DNA of 63,825 nucleotides, counting the filler, from Reclinomonas americana ATCC 50394 (Eukaryota), in the NCBI GenBank assembly GCA_048213135.1. It is 8 parts of 3 records of this genome, joined end to end, with 100 filler letters (N's around TTAATTAATTAA, not from the genome) between each part and the next. Parts side by side here need not be neighbours in the genome. Positions count along the whole stretch, not along the records: positions 1 to 7,742 come from PS015273.1; positions 7,843 to 11,026 come from PS015273.1; positions 11,127 to 34,802 come from PS015273.1; 5 more parts are not named here. One strand, 5' to 3'. The position numbers and the translations under genes were made by a program. Below are positions 1-23,224 of the stretch, in pieces (the first letter of the stretch is position 1; each line of letters starts with the position of its first letter). The notes below the pieces were generated by a model. That model did no database searches. It was given only the letters and a program-made list of their open reading frames with translations, and was not told the origin of the DNA.

Positions 1-238
1 CTCCTCCTCCTCCCTCCCTCCCTCCCTCCTCCCTCCCTCCTCCCTCCTCCTCCTCCTCCTCCTCCTCCTCCTCCTCCTCCTCCTCCTCCTCCTCCTCCTC
101 CTCTCCTCCTCCTCTCCTCCTCCTCTCCTCTCCTCTCTCTCCTCCTCCTCCTCCTCTCCTCCCCTTCTCCCCCTCTCCTCTCCTCCCTCTTCTCCCTCTC
201 CCTCTCCCTCTCTTCTTACCGCTACGTATGTGCACAGC

Positions 239-3200
239 GTTCTCCCAACCGGCCAGTGCAAGTACGTCCATGAATAATGCCTTGCCTTTCCATCTATCAT
301 CATCACTCAGTCTGTTTCTTTTTGTGCAGGCGATCAAGGTCACAATGCATCGGCAGCCACCGATCACAATCCCTTCATGAGTCCCTACGCGTCCAGTCGC
401 TGCGTACCTTGCTGTGTGTGATTTGGCTTGCACCTCCCACATTCACTCACTACCACCAATGCCACAGTTGGCCTTGGGCAGTCGGCAGGTGCACCGCCAG
501 TCGGTTGCGTAGACAGACACTCTGCGCGAGAGGTCGTTGCGTGTGCTCATGATCTCGCTTCTCGTTTTCCAGGCAACAATTATCCACCGCCGCCGAGCCA
601 GACTTTCCCCGACTACACTGCTGGTGCTCAACAACCTGCCTCCGTGTCGTTCCAGCTCCCGGCAGCGGATTTCGGTGGTGCGCCGCCGTCGCAGTACTAT
701 GGCGCTCCGATGGAACCGTTGCGTCTGCAGACCACCCACTCACGGATTCTTTCCTTGTTTGTTGAATGTCTGTCTCACCCCCCTCGGCTCAGTTTGCAGC
801 GCACGCCGTCGGGTCTCAATTTCGTGCCGACGGCGCCGACGCCCTCGGATGCACTCGCGGCGGCCACATCAACCCTCGGTGCCGTAATGTCGCAGCTGCC
901 GAGTCCTCGTTGCGCTGCGCACCACCAGCTTGTACTTGTGCTCTCGTCTCATCTCAACTTTGGTTTTCTCCAGGTCGGTGGACTCCGCGTGTCACTGCAG
1001 CCGAACCGGAAGAAGTCTCTGATATTGAAATTGCGACTGAAGAGATTGACGACCCGACACCGGCAGCAACTCCGCAGTACGCTCCGTCGCCTCGTGTCGC
1101 CACACCGACGTGGGTGAGTGTGTGTGGTGCTGCTGCAGCCATGTGCCTGACACTTGCAAGTGTGGGCTCATGCGGTGTGCAGGCGGAGATGCCGAAATCG
1201 TCGCTGTCTCGTCCAATGTCTGGACAAAGCTCCGGATTCAGCTCTGTTCGGCACACAGAGTCCGCACAGCAACGTTTCGTGGCTTTCACCGTCGCTCTCG
1301 CTCCTGTGGCTGACAGATATTATTCCTTCTTGTTTCGTGTATCAGCTCTCAGCTATGCTCCTCCGCCCGCCGCCTCGGCCTTTGCTGCGCGCAGTGGAAG
1401 TGGTGAGAATCGCCTTCTGTGTGTGTGTGGGCTGTTGTCTATCGCGTCCGCCTATTCACTGTTGGCTGCGCAGGCGAGTTTTCCGTGAGCTCGTTGGATG
1501 CCGCTCCGAAATGTGCGTGCATCTCTTCTTCTTCCTTTGTTTGTTTGCTTCGTCTCCATCCGCTTATGTTTCCCTTCAGCTGTTTCATTCGTCAATGGCA
1601 ATGATGTTGGTCGGAGTGGTACGGAAAAACATACCTGCTCCCGCTTCTGTGTGTCACTCTCTGACTTGTGTTCCCATTGCAGGCTCGCCCTACACTAGCA
1701 TCTTTGCGGTAAGTGTCCGCCTTTTTCAATCCCACTTTCTCTCTTCCTCACGTATCCTGTTCGACACCACAGCAGCAGCCGTCGTCACCACGATCGTACA
1801 CCGACGAGTACTTCCGCAAGGAGCTGGAGTCGCGCTACCAGGCGATCAAATCTGGGTCGTCCGCGCCCTCGTCCCTGTCGTCCATTCCTCCGCCTGCGAC
1901 GCAGGTGCTGGAGAGCAGCAGTCCACGCCGCGCTGCCCCGTTGCCAGTGTCGCCTCGCAGTGTTGGAGTGGACTTGCGTTCGCCGGTGATTTCCGCACCG
2001 CGGCCTTCGTCGCTGTCTCCGAGGGTGCGTCTTATGTGACAAATTGAGGGAGGGCAAGGCGGAGAGAGGGAAAGAATGAAGGAGAAGGGAGGAGAGATAT
2101 ACAGAGGGTAAGAGAGAGGGGGAAAAGAAAGAGAGAGAGGGAGATATACAGAGGGAAAGAGAGAGGGGAAAGAGAGAGGGGTAAGAGAAAGAGAGAAAAA
2201 GAGAGGAGAGGAGCGCGGGAGAGAGTCAGAGGGAAGGAAAGAAAGAGAGTGAGAAAGTATATTTTGCTCATCTCGGTTGCATTCATTTTTCTCAGCCGCT
2301 CTACGAGCAGCCAATGTCGGCACTGGCACCGCCCTCGGCCAAGGTCTCGCCGACCGCGCTGCCCGTTTCCTCCCCACGAATGTCTGCCGCGACGGCGGAA
2401 TTGCCAAGACCGTCTGTTGCGTGCTGTCTACACCCATACAATTCTGTCCTTCATATGTGCTCATTCCCACCCCCTGTTGCAGGTCTCCCCGACCAAGGTC
2501 TCCTTCTCCGCTCTCGTCTCGTTTCGGTACTGGTGATGCTCACTTACATGTGTGGGACAGCCGTCTGTGTTTTTGCAGCCTTCACCATTCGACAAGGATG
2601 CACGGACGCGCGCCGTGTATGCCGAGACGTTGGCACTCCAGCGACAGGTCTGTGGCGGCCGCATATCATCGTCGATTCTGTTTGACTTGCTGCTGATCAT
2701 CCCGTGTCTGTAGCTGGAGGACCGTATCCGCTTGATGGTGGCTTCATCGTCGCCTCCGGTGGCGCCGGTGCCCACCAAGTCACCCGTGTCACCCATTGCA
2801 AGTGGTGGTGCAATCGGCACAGTTTCGTTCTTTTTTGTGTTCGTGATCATTTGAATGTGAGAGCTGAGTGAGACTTTTGCCGCGAGCAGCTCACTGGCAC
2901 TCATGTGGGCGACGTGTCTCTTTCGTTGGTTGGTGGTGTGTGCGTGTGTGTGCGCGCGGCAGTCAATCATGTGCTGACTTATGCCTTCTGCAGAGTCCCC
3001 TCCGCAAGCGCGATGCGTACAACGAAGCGCTTCGCGTTCAGGAGCAGGTCCGTTCTGTTCATTTTCAAGAGCGTGCTCTATCATTGCCTCACTTTGTCGA
3101 TCGAAAATAGGTGGAGGAGCGAATCCGATCTGCTGAGCGCCTCGCCGCTCGCGGACCGCAGAGCCCATTGGTCGCTGATGCGCGCAGTCCGGAGATGCGG

Positions 3201-3573
3201 GGAGTTGCGTGGAAAGGCGGCAGTAATTGTAGCACAATGTAGATGTGCTCACTTGGTGCCTCTTCAGATTCACCGCCTGGACATGGATGCGGAGCGCCTG
3301 CGACTCGAGTTGCAGCTGAAGCGGCTGGACGAGGAGAATCAAGTTCGCTCCTCGACCGATTATACCTCCAAGTGTTGCGGAGGGGAATGGGAGAAAGGGG
3401 GACAGGGGAAGGGGGTACAGGGGAGGGAGAGGGAGAAACGAGGAAAGGGGAATTTGAGAGAGAGAGAGGAACACGCATGAACTGTATTGGCAGAAACATA
3501 AGAGTTTGTTGAAAGGTAGAGAGGGAGACAGACAAAGAGACATGTGCACAAGATAGAGAGAGAGAGAGAGGAG

Positions 3574-3610
<37 letters not shown>

Positions 3611-4201
3611 GAGGAAGGAAGGAGAGAGCGACGTACGGTAGGTAGTAGGTAAGTAGTAGGTCGGACGCGTCGTTCGGTTACGGTAGGAACGGTACGGGTT
3701 CGGGTACGGTAACGNNNNNNNNNNNNNNNNNNNNNNNNNNNNNNNNNNNNNNNNNNNNNNNNNNNNNNNNNNNNNNNNNNNNNNNNNNNNNNNNNNNNNN
3801 NNNNNNNNNNNNNNNNNNNNNNNNNNNNNNNNNNNNNNNNNNNNNNNNNNNNNNNNNNNNNNNNNNNNNNNNNNNNNNNNNNNNNNNNNNNNNNNNNNNN
3901 NNNNNNNNNNNNNNNNNNNNNNNNNNNNNNNNNNNNNNNNNNNNNNNNNNNNNNNNNNNNNNNNNNNNNNNNNNNNNNNNNNNNNNNNNNNNNNNNNNNN
4001 NNNNNNNNNNNNNNNNNNNNNNNNNNNNNNNNNNNNNNNNNNNNNNNNNNNNNNNNNNNNNNNNNNNNNNNNNNNNNNNNNNNNNNNNNNNNNNNNNNNN
4101 NNNNNNNNNNNNNNNNNNNNNNNNNNNNNNNNNNNNNNNNNNNNNNNNNNNNNNNNNNNNNNNNNNNNNNNNNNNNNNNNNNNNNNNNNNNNNNNNNNNN
4201 N

Positions 4202-4246
<45 letters not shown>

Positions 4247-5832
4247 GGAAAGGGAGAGATGCAGTCGGATGGATAGATTGGCGAGCTGTCTGGAGATCGG
4301 TGGATCAAGAGTAGAGATGTTTGGAAAGGACATTTGAAAGCATGGGTGTGTTTGAAAACGAAAGAGGGGGAGGCTGAGTGATACGCAGGAACGACAACTG
4401 AGGGTGTAAGAGAGTAAGAGTGAACGCGAGAATGGGACAGATGTGTGAAGTGAATGTGCGTGCGTGTGAGACACGAGAGAGAAATGACTGGAGGGGCAGG
4501 CAGGTAGTTTAAGTGGACGCAGTGGCTTCCTGACGGATCTCAGGCATGCTGAGTGAGTGTGAGGGACACGAATGACAGAGTAACTGGCGGACTGACAGAC
4601 AGCAAGTTCTGAGAGAGTGCATGGGGCAGTCGAGGAAACGAAACGCAGAGCAACTGGCGGTCTGACAGTCAGAAAGTGCTGAGAGAGTGCGATGAGCAGA
4701 CGAGGAAACAAAAGGCAGAGAATATGGCGGTCTGAGAGTCAAAGAATGCCAATAAGCTCTGAAAATAACGATTGCACAATTAATCACACAAGCGCACTCT
4801 CTTCTCATACTGCCACTTCACAGATCTCGCGAAATTGGATCAGCTGGAGCTGGAGGGCCGATCCTCGAGTCCCGAGGTCAGTCTAGCATTTCCTCGCCTT
4901 TTCCAGTCCCTCCTCCCTCAATTGCCTCCCCAAATCAGGCTGGGTATTTGGAGGACGCCACGCGTGACATTGGCTACCGCCTCCAGCTGCAAGAGCTGCG
5001 CTCCACACGCGACTCCATTGGGAGGGACCGTGGAATCGAGAAACAACGTGCGCTCTCGCAGCGTGCGCAGGAGGAGGCGGAGGCGCTGCGCCAGAAGCAG
5101 CTGGAGATTCTGCGCGCCAAGGAGCTGCAGTATTTGCGGGAGCGGCGCTTGCTGGCGCAGCAGTTTGGCGTGATGGCGCTTGAGCAGCGTCCGGGAGTGG
5201 CGCTCGGGAGTGTCAGTGCCAAGGATCCGACGTTTGTGGAGAGTGAGGTGAGCGGAGTGGGAAGGAGAGAGAGAGAGAGAGATGGGGAAAGGGAGAGGCT
5301 TGACTGTTGTTTTACTGTTGCATGTTGCGCTCACTCCATCTCCTCTTCCTCTGCAGGCACACCGCCTCGCTGTGGAATTCCAGCATCTGCGTGATCGCTC
5401 GCTGGACACGGTGGAGAGCACCGAGTCTTTCCTGCAGAATCACCAGGTGCGCGGTTTTCATCAGCGATATTCTCGATGTTCACTCGCTCAACCAACCATG
5501 CAGCTGGATCAAGTGCGGCACGAAGAGCGGCAGCGCGACTTTGAGACGCAGCTCCGACTCGCCGAATTGGAGCGGCTGCAGAGTCGGCAGCGACTGGAGG
5601 GCAAGATGCGACAAGCGGTGTGTTGAGGGCAAGAGAGGAATTCGCTCCCTTCTCTAGTTTCCTCACTACTCCTCCCGTTCAGTACGCCATTGTGGAAAAG
5701 GAGGAGAGCGAGCGCTTGCGCCTTCACCACCAGCTGCAACAGGAGGAGCTGCAAGAGCGCGAGGAGGCCAATCGGCGTCACCGCTTGATTGATCACGATA
5801 TTTTCATGCAGGGAGCACGCGAGTTTTATTGA
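239..5832 (+). CDS. Multi-exon gene (5' incomplete) for a Pro/Ser-rich, largely disordered protein with a C-terminal coiled coil; function unknown
   Basis: About 20 exons with GT..AG boundaries and CTCAC/CTGAC branch sites. Most junctions join in frame, e.g. ...LPRPS|VSPTK|PSVFLQPSPFDKDARTRAVYAETLALQRQ|LEDRIRL... and ...EMRG|IHRLDMDAERLRLELQLKRLDEE... The gene ends ...HDIFMQGAREFY-TGA at 5832. Confidence 0.7.
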
Positions 5833-5886
5833 GGCAACGCACGATTTTTTGCACAATGTGACATGTATGTACCAAGGTGACGAGTA

Positions 5887-6583
5887 TTATTGCGTGGGAG
5901 TGCGCTGGAAAAAGTTGGATATGGAGGCAGCGGCGGCGGCTGAATTGCCAGATGTGGAGTTGCGTCGTCTGTGCAAGGTGGAATGAGAAAGGGAGAAAGC
6001 CAAGAGACAGCAGCCGTCGGCGCAACTTGGCAGGTTGTTCTGGGTGCAGGGGACGCGAAGCTGGTCTCTTGCGTGTCGTGCTTGCCGCCTCGCCAGTGCA
6101 CTTGTCCATGTGTGTGTTGAGCAGGAGGAGGGCAGCGTTCTTGTCAACGCCTTCGCACGTGCCATGGCACATTGGGCACACCAGTTGTACGCCAGTGCAC
6201 AGCACGCTCGGTTGCTTTGTGCGCGGTGGCGACTGTCACCATCGAATGAGTGGGTAATCTCTGACTGAGCACAGCAGAGACGGAGGGGCGTGAGCTGTTG
6301 TTGTACGCAACTCGCGGGCGAGGGGCGGGTCGACTGAGCATCACGCAGTGGCGATCGAGGTGTTCGTTGAGCGCCAGGGCGGCGGCTGTCTTGTTGATGC
6401 TCTCGACGACGAAGCCGCAGGTGGGGCATTGGAGGGTGGCGCCTCGAGCCATGAGGGCAGACTGAGAGGGCGAGGGGAGAGAGGGAAGAGTGAGACTGCA
6501 AGCAAAAGAAGAATCAGACCGTCGTGCTGATTCTCAGGAAGTAACCTGCGACTGTCTCTCTCTTCGAGGTATCTCAAAGTCTC
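5887..6583 (-). CDS. POLK: DNA polymerase kappa, C-terminal exons (two UBZ4 zinc fingers, NLS, PIP box)
   Basis: Spliced translation gives CPTC...LNEHLDRHC, CPMC...LNTHMDKC, basic RKRP...AKRR and a terminal ASISNFFQRTPTQ*. This matches the UBZ-UBZ-NLS-PIP tail of Pol kappa. Confidence 0.8.
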
Positions 6584-7056
6584 NNNNNNNNNNNNNNNNN
6601 NNNNNNNNNNNNNNNNNNNNNNNNNNNNNNNNNNNNNNNNNNNNNNNNNNNNNNNNNNNNNNNNNNNNNNNNNNNNNNNNNNNNNNNNNNNNNNNNNNNN
6701 NNNNNNNNNNNNNNNNNNNNNNNNNNNNNNNNNNNNNNNNNNNNNNNNNNNNNNNNNNNNNNNNNNNNNNNNNNNNNNNNNNNNNNNNNNNNNNNNNNNN
6801 NNNNNNNNNNNNNNNNNNNNNNNNNNNNNNNNNNNNNNNNNNNNNNNNNNNNNNNNNNNNNNNNNNNNNNNNNNNNNNNNNNNNNNNNNNNNNNNNNNNN
6901 NNNNNNNNNNNNNNNNNNNNNNNNNNNNNNNNNNNNNNNNNNNNNNNNNNNNNNNNNNNNNNNNNNNNNNNNNNNNNNNNNNNNNNNNNNNNNNNNNNNN
7001 NNNNNNNNNNNNNNNNNNNNNNNNNNNNNNNNNNNNNNNNNNNNNNNNNNNNNNNN

Positions 7057-7713
7057 GTGGCAACCAGGGACCCACATCGGGACCCCTCGAAAAACTGTGG
7101 AAGACAACCTCAAAGGTGCATCGCGATACTCACCCTGTCCCACGTGTGTTTTTGTTGAGTCTCACCCATCCACAGGGCTCGTCGGATGGAGCGGCAAGAA
7201 GGAGAAGACGCAGCAGCGACGAGGACGAGGACCTGGAAGACGAGGGGGGCGAGGAAGATGTGGAGTTGCTCGACGATCGGCGCGAGGACGCCGAGTACGA
7301 ATTGGAAGAGGCCTCGGATGACGAGGGCGAAGAGGGCGAGGATGGCGAGAAGCAGGCGTTTCAGCCCATCCAACAGGAAGAGATGATTTTGGAGGAGGCA
7401 GTGCCGATGGTTGAGGATGACGTCGCACCGCCAGCTGTCGATGTGAAATCGGAGGGCAGATTACCACCGCAGCCCTGCATCGTTGAGGATGAGCAGGTTG
7501 GTTGTGTCACACTCTCTCTCCACTCGCTTTTTTTCGTGCGAACTCAGTGTTGCTGGTCACTGCAGGATGGCCCGATTGAGCATCACAGACTTGAAAGTGC
7601 AGCAGCGCCGGCGCAGGTTCGCACGTCATTTCTTTTGCAGGTTTCAATTGTTATCGTGTGCTGACATCGTCCACCAGAGCGACACGCGCCAGGCGCGACC
7701 AGCCCGCCAGCGG
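7057..7713 (+). CDS. Acidic, disordered exons, probably the Pol kappa linker, on a contig that looks inverted
   Basis: In-frame exons GNQGPTSGPLEKLWKTTSK|GSSDG...DEDEDLEDEGGEED...EDEQ|DGPIEHH... with plus-strand GT/AG sites. They lie between the Pol kappa N- and C-terminal pieces. Confidence 0.45.
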
Positions 7714-7786
7714 GTGAGTCGCAGATGGTGAAAGAGAGAAAANNNNNNNNNNNNNNNNNNNNNNNNNNNNNNNNNNNNNNNNNNNN

Positions 7787-7798
7787 TTAATTAATTAA
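7787..7798. other. Artificial all-frame-stop spacer TTAATTAATTAA (also at 11071, 34847, 42625, 44998, 56200 and 62757)
   Basis: The identical 12-mer is always centred in a run of Ns. Confidence 0.95.
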
Positions 7799-7941
7799 NN
7801 NNNNNNNNNNNNNNNNNNNNNNNNNNNNNNNNNNNNNNNNNNCTCTCCTTCCTTCTCCCTCTCCCTCTCCCTCTCCTTCTCCCTCTCCCTCTCCCTCCCT
7901 CTCCCTCTCCTTTTCCCCCTCTCACCCTTCTCCTTCCACAG

Positions 7942-8253
7942 GCCCCCACATCATGGGCCTCCAACTCGACAAACCCGGCCTCGGCTCCGCCGACAAGGCC
8001 CACGTCGACCGCGTGATTTTCGAGGCCTCCAAGGGCAGTCGCTTCTTTGTGCGCGAGCAGCAGCGCGAGGCCGAGATCAACAAGCGCGGGGAGCAGTTGG
8101 CGCGCAAAGTCGCGCGCTATCGACAGCAGGATCCGCCGACGTCGCTGGAGCGCGCCCTGGCCGAGGCCGATCGACTGATGGACTCGTTTCGGGCGGAGCT
8201 GCGGGCGTCGTGCGGGCGCACGTGGATGCATGTGGATATGGATGCGTTTTATG
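7942..8253 (+). CDS. POLK: DNA polymerase kappa N-clasp and start of the catalytic (IMS) domain, on a contig that looks inverted
   Basis: MGLQLDKPGLGSADKAHVDRVIFEASKGSRFF...TWMHVDMDAFY contains the N-clasp motif (KxG...I.EASKGS.F) and Y-family motif I (VDMDAFY). The exon has an AG acceptor at 7940-7941 and a GTGAGA donor. Confidence 0.9.
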
Positions 8254-9731
8254 GTGAGAGAAGAGGGGGAGAGAGAGAGGGGCAAACAGGAGGGGGGGAT
8301 TGGAGGAGAACAAGAAGAAGAAAAAGAAGGAGTAGGGGAAGGAGGAGAAAAAGAAAAGAATCAGAGGAGAAGCAGTGAGGAGGAGGAGAGCAAGTCCCTC
8401 GCCANNNNNNNNNNNNNNNNNNNNNNNNNNNNNNNNNNNNNNNNNNNNNNNNNNNNNNNNNNNNNNNNNNNNNNNNNNNNNNNNNNNNNNNNNNNNNNNN
8501 NNNNNNNNNNNNNNNNNNNNNNNNNNNNNNNNNNNNNNNNNNNNNNNNNNNNNNNNNNNNNNNNNNNNNNNNNNNNNNNNNNNNNNNNNNNNNNNNNNNN
8601 NNNNNNNNNNNNNNNNNNNNNNNNNNNNNNNNNNNNNNNNNNNNNNNNNNNNNNNNNNNNNNNNNNNNNNNNNNNNNNNNNNNNNNNNNNNNNNNNNNNN
8701 NNNNNNNNNNNNNNNNNNNNNNNNNNNNNNNNNNNNNNNNNNNNNNNNNNNNNNNNNNNNNNNNNNNNNNNNNNNNNNNNNNNNNNNNNNNNNNNNNNNN
8801 NNNNNNNNNNNNNNNNNNNNNNNNNNNNNNNNNNNNNNNNNNNNNNNNNNNNNNNNNNNNNNNNNNNNNNNNNNNNNNNNNNNNNNNNNNNNNNNNNNNN
8901 NNNNNNNNNNNNNNNNNNNNNNNNNNNNNNNNNNNNNNNNNNNNNNNNNNNNNNNNNNNNNNNNNNNNNNNNNNNNNNNNNNNNNNNNNNNNNNNNNNNN
9001 NNNNNNNNNNNNNNNNNNNNNNNNNNNNNNNNNNNNNNNNNNNNNNNNNNNNNNNNNNNNNNNNNNNNNNNNNNNNNNNNNNNNNNNNNNNNNNNNNNNN
9101 NNNNNNNNNNNNNNAAGGGGGAAGGGAGGGGAAGGGGGAAGGGGGAAGGGAGAGGGAAAGGGAGAAGGAGAGGGAGAGAGGGAGAGAGAGAGAAGAAGAA
9201 GAAAAAATGAAGAAGAAGAAGAAGAAGAAGAAGAAGAAGAAGAAGAAGAAGAAGAAGAAGCAGAAGAGAGAAGGAGAAGGACAGGGAGAGAAGGAGGAAG
9301 AGGGAGAGGGAGAGAAGGAGGGAGAGAAGGAGGGAGAGAAGGGGGAAAGAGAAGAACAGGAGAGGGCAAGGGAGAAGGAGAAGGAGAGGAAGAAGGAGAA
9401 TGAGACGGAGAGTGAGAGGGAGAGGGGGAAGGAGAGGGTGAGGGAGAAGAGAAGGAGAGGAAGAAGGAGAGGGAGAAGAGAAGAAGTAGGAGATGGAGAG
9501 AGGATGAGACAGGTCATGAGTGAGTGAGAGTGCGGCCAACAAGAGAGACTGAGAGAGGGAAAAGGTGGGAGAGACTGAGAGAATGAGAGAGTGAGAGTGA
9601 GAGAGAGAGAAGGATGAGAGTTGAATGAGAGTGAGAGAGTGAGCATTTGGGGCCTCGTAATGTGCGAGAATGAGAGGAGAGAAGCTCGAGTTGAAGTCGA
9701 AAGTGCGACACTGTGTGTGAGTGAGAGAGAC

Positions 9732-9780
9732 CTGTGGGAGTTGGAGGTCTTCCTGTCTCTTGTTCATGAGAGCCTTGCAT
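9732..9780 (-). CDS. POLK: Probable first coding exon of Pol kappa
   Basis: MQGSHEQETGRPPTPT-G|GT ends in phase 1 and joins in frame to the phase-1 exon at 7942 (G-PHIMGLQ...). A CT-rich intron follows it, matching the CT-rich start of the 7843-8404 contig. Confidence 0.55.
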
Positions 9781-9868
9781 TTATCCCTTCAGCACACTCT
9801 CTGTGTGAGTGAGTGTGTGTGAGAGAGAGAAAGAAATGGGAGGAATGCGTGTGGTGCGCGCGCTCAAT

Positions 9869-9893
9869 CACGTGTTGCGGGAAAATGACGTCA
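9869..9893. promoter_or_regulatory. Cluster of E-box (CACGTG), E2F-like (GCGGGAAAA) and CRE (TGACGTCA) motifs about 90-110 bp upstream of the putative POLK ATG
   Basis: Motifs read directly at 9869-9874, 9877-9885 and 9886-9893. Confidence 0.4.
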
Positions 9894-10388
9894 CCGCACA
9901 CAGGACAACTCATGACTTCCGTCTCCCGTCTTGTGATCAAGTTGAATTGGAGAGGGCTGGAGATTCACAGCAACAACTCCACCCTTTCGTGTTGCAACGC
10001 TCCCCTGAGCCGAGAAAGAGGAGCTGATGATGCCGACAAAACTCTCGAGCGAGCTCCTCATGGCTGCATCTCCTTGCATTATCAGCCCTTCCTTGGCTGC
10101 GTGCCCCTCTCCCCCACTGGCTGTAGAATCACAGTAAAACACTTCACCCTTCGCTCCACTGAGCCGAGAAAGAAGACTAACTTGCTCCCGGCTGCCGCTC
10201 CTGCAGAATAACAAGAAACAACTCCGCCCATCCGTGCGGCATCGATCCCCTGCGCCGAGAAAGAGGAGATGGCCAAGCATCGACGAGCTCTTCCTGGCCA
10301 ACCATCCCTGCCTGCATCTCCCTGCAGAAAATCAGCGTAATCTACTCCTCCTCGCCTGGCTACACTTCTCCTTCACCTTTCCCCCAAT

Positions 10389-11592
<1,204 letters not shown>

Positions 11593-13798
11593 TCGTTTGA
11601 GTGAGAGTCGTGAAGGTGTGGGACACTGAAGTTCATGCGTTTGCCTTTGCCTTTGCCTCTGAAAGGGAAGACGATTGTTGGGAGAAGCTCATGCTTGCTT
11701 GTGCCGATGTCGTAGTCGGCGAGTGATGTGTGGACTTTCGTCAAGTGGAGAAGCGTACGCGTTTTCTGTCGAATTCGTGCACCATCATGCAGGCGACTTG
11801 TGAGGATATGTGTGTAGGGCAGAATGGCGCAGGCGGTTGGTGATGTGCATGCTGCGTGGTCGCTCTCTGAGCTCTTGTGCGTGCGATGCCTCTTCGATAT
11901 CGCGACGTCGACGTCGAGAACAATTCGAGTTGCAAGCCGCAAGAACAACTTTACTAATCCAAACAGCAACACAGCTGCATGATGATCACCATCTTAAATG
12001 AGCATCACCAAGCGAGGCACCAAGGTAAGAGCGAGAGAAGTCGAAATTCAAATATTGGAATGTGGTGAATGAAGTGTTTTGTTTTATGCTGACACAGTTT
12101 CTTTCAGTGGAACGAGCAGTCTCCAACAAACTATCGCAGAAAACGCTATGCGTCTATGCAAGTGCGTCAAATCCACTGCTCACCCACGGTGAAGATCGCA
12201 GTTCTCGACTTGTTCGAATTCGGAGAGCGAACACACACAAACACACACATAAGGAACCTGCTGCTGCCTCAAGACTGGTATTTGCGTTGATGTTTTGGAT
12301 TTGGTTGAACTTGGTCATCAAGACAGCTGTTGCTTGTTTGTTGGTGATCGAAGAATTCGAAATGTTCAAGCAAAACCGAATTTATACGGACGCAGCACAG
12401 CATTGCCTGTGCCCCAGTATGTAGCATATCCGGTTTTCGGTCCACTAGCATGTCAACGCAGGGGGAGGCTGACAGTCGCTTCCTGCATTTTTCGTGCGTT
12501 CGGACTCCCGGCTCTCGATTTGGAATGAGGCCGGTAATTCCTGCCAAATATGGACAAGGGAACATTCATTCGTTTCACGTACCCTTCTTGCCTGTGTTCA
12601 CCACCGCCAAGCACACAGCGTGCATCACGTGTCTCGCCACGCATCGCGATGTCGTTTCTCAATTACGCATGCAATTTGGTCAATTCGCACACAAGGTCCT
12701 CTCCCGGCCACAGCGATTTGAGCATGCAGGGGCGTGCACGCTCCGCTCGTGCAGCCGAAACATGGTCTGCCACACTGTACCAGGAGATCATGTGCACATC
12801 GGACATGCATATCCGGATCTGCGCATGCGCATGCAGCGCAGGCGTTTACTTTTTCAAATCCGAAACCGAACAACACACCACACTATTCGTCTCTCGCGCA
12901 GCGCGTGATCGGCCTCTTCTCACCACTACTGCTCACATGCGGACGCCTCCACCTGCAGCATCAGCCACCACAACCGGGCACGAATATTCGCAGCGCAAAT
13001 CTGTGCGATATTGAGTGGCCGGACATGCAAAATGAGAGCTGTTTGGAGTGAATCCGCGAGTCATAATATCAAACAGTTTTCATTTTCTTCCTCGCCTTTC
13101 TCGGTGAGCTCACCACGCAGCACAGATAAACGCACTCTCACGAAGGTGGAGAGGGACGATGCATGCAGCAGTCGCCTTGTCTCTATCTCTTCTTTGTTCT
13201 CTCCCTCTCACTCTCACTGTCTCTGTTGTGCGTTGAGCGAGGCGCTCGGAATGCACTTGCTCTGAGTGATGCAGCGCAGACTCTGCACACACACTACTCC
13301 ACACAGAGTGAGAAAGAAACACGCGCAAAACAGAGTGTCTCATGCTGCGAAATGCATGTTCTTTAGCTCCTCCGGCTTGGTTTTCTGTCTCTCCGTGTTC
13401 GATTGCGCACCTGCGTCCTCCTCTGCGTTGCACACTGCTCTTCACAAGTGCCTCATGTGTGTGAGTGTGTCTCTAAGAGTGTGTGTCTATGTGCCTGCAG
13501 TAAGAGGGCGCTTTTGCATGTCTCATGATATCATCATTATCGATATCACTGGCTCTCCTGTCTATCTCTCTGAGTCATTGAGCTGCATGGTGTGTCTGTC
13601 TCTGTAGTGGTGGTGTGTGTGGCGTGTGTGCATGTGTGCGTGTGTGTATGTGTGTGCGCGCGTGTGTGAGCTCGAGTGTGTCCCCCCTGTTTTGGTCGCC
13701 GGCGCCTCTCGATATCTCCGTCTGCACATCGCTCCCCTCTTGACTGACTGGCTGTTTATTGACTTGTGTATGTGTGTGTGTGTGTGTGTCTGCAGGTC

Positions 13799-23224
<9,426 letters not shown>

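Noticed and set aside
3628-3714. Odd TACG/GGTA-rich sequence (also 48697-48765, 42560-42580 and 16129-16155)
   Set aside because: It occurs only at contig ends next to microsatellites, which is typical of pyrosequencing dephasing noise.
7787-7798. Recurrent TTAATTAATTAA palindrome (7 copies)
   Set aside because: It is always embedded in Ns, so it is an assembly spacer. The pICln exons splice in frame across one copy, which shows it marks scaffold gaps and not a biological element.
8077-9767. Long ORFs of poly-LS, poly-ER, poly-HT or X (also 15805-16630 and 59002-60588)
   Set aside because: These are translations of microsatellites and N gaps inside introns.
11630-13100. Possible ncRNA, transposon or small gene in the pICln-FN3 intergenic region
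   Set aside because: I saw no tRNA or snRNA motifs, terminal repeats or convincing coding frame. A covariance-model search would be needed to exclude an ncRNA.
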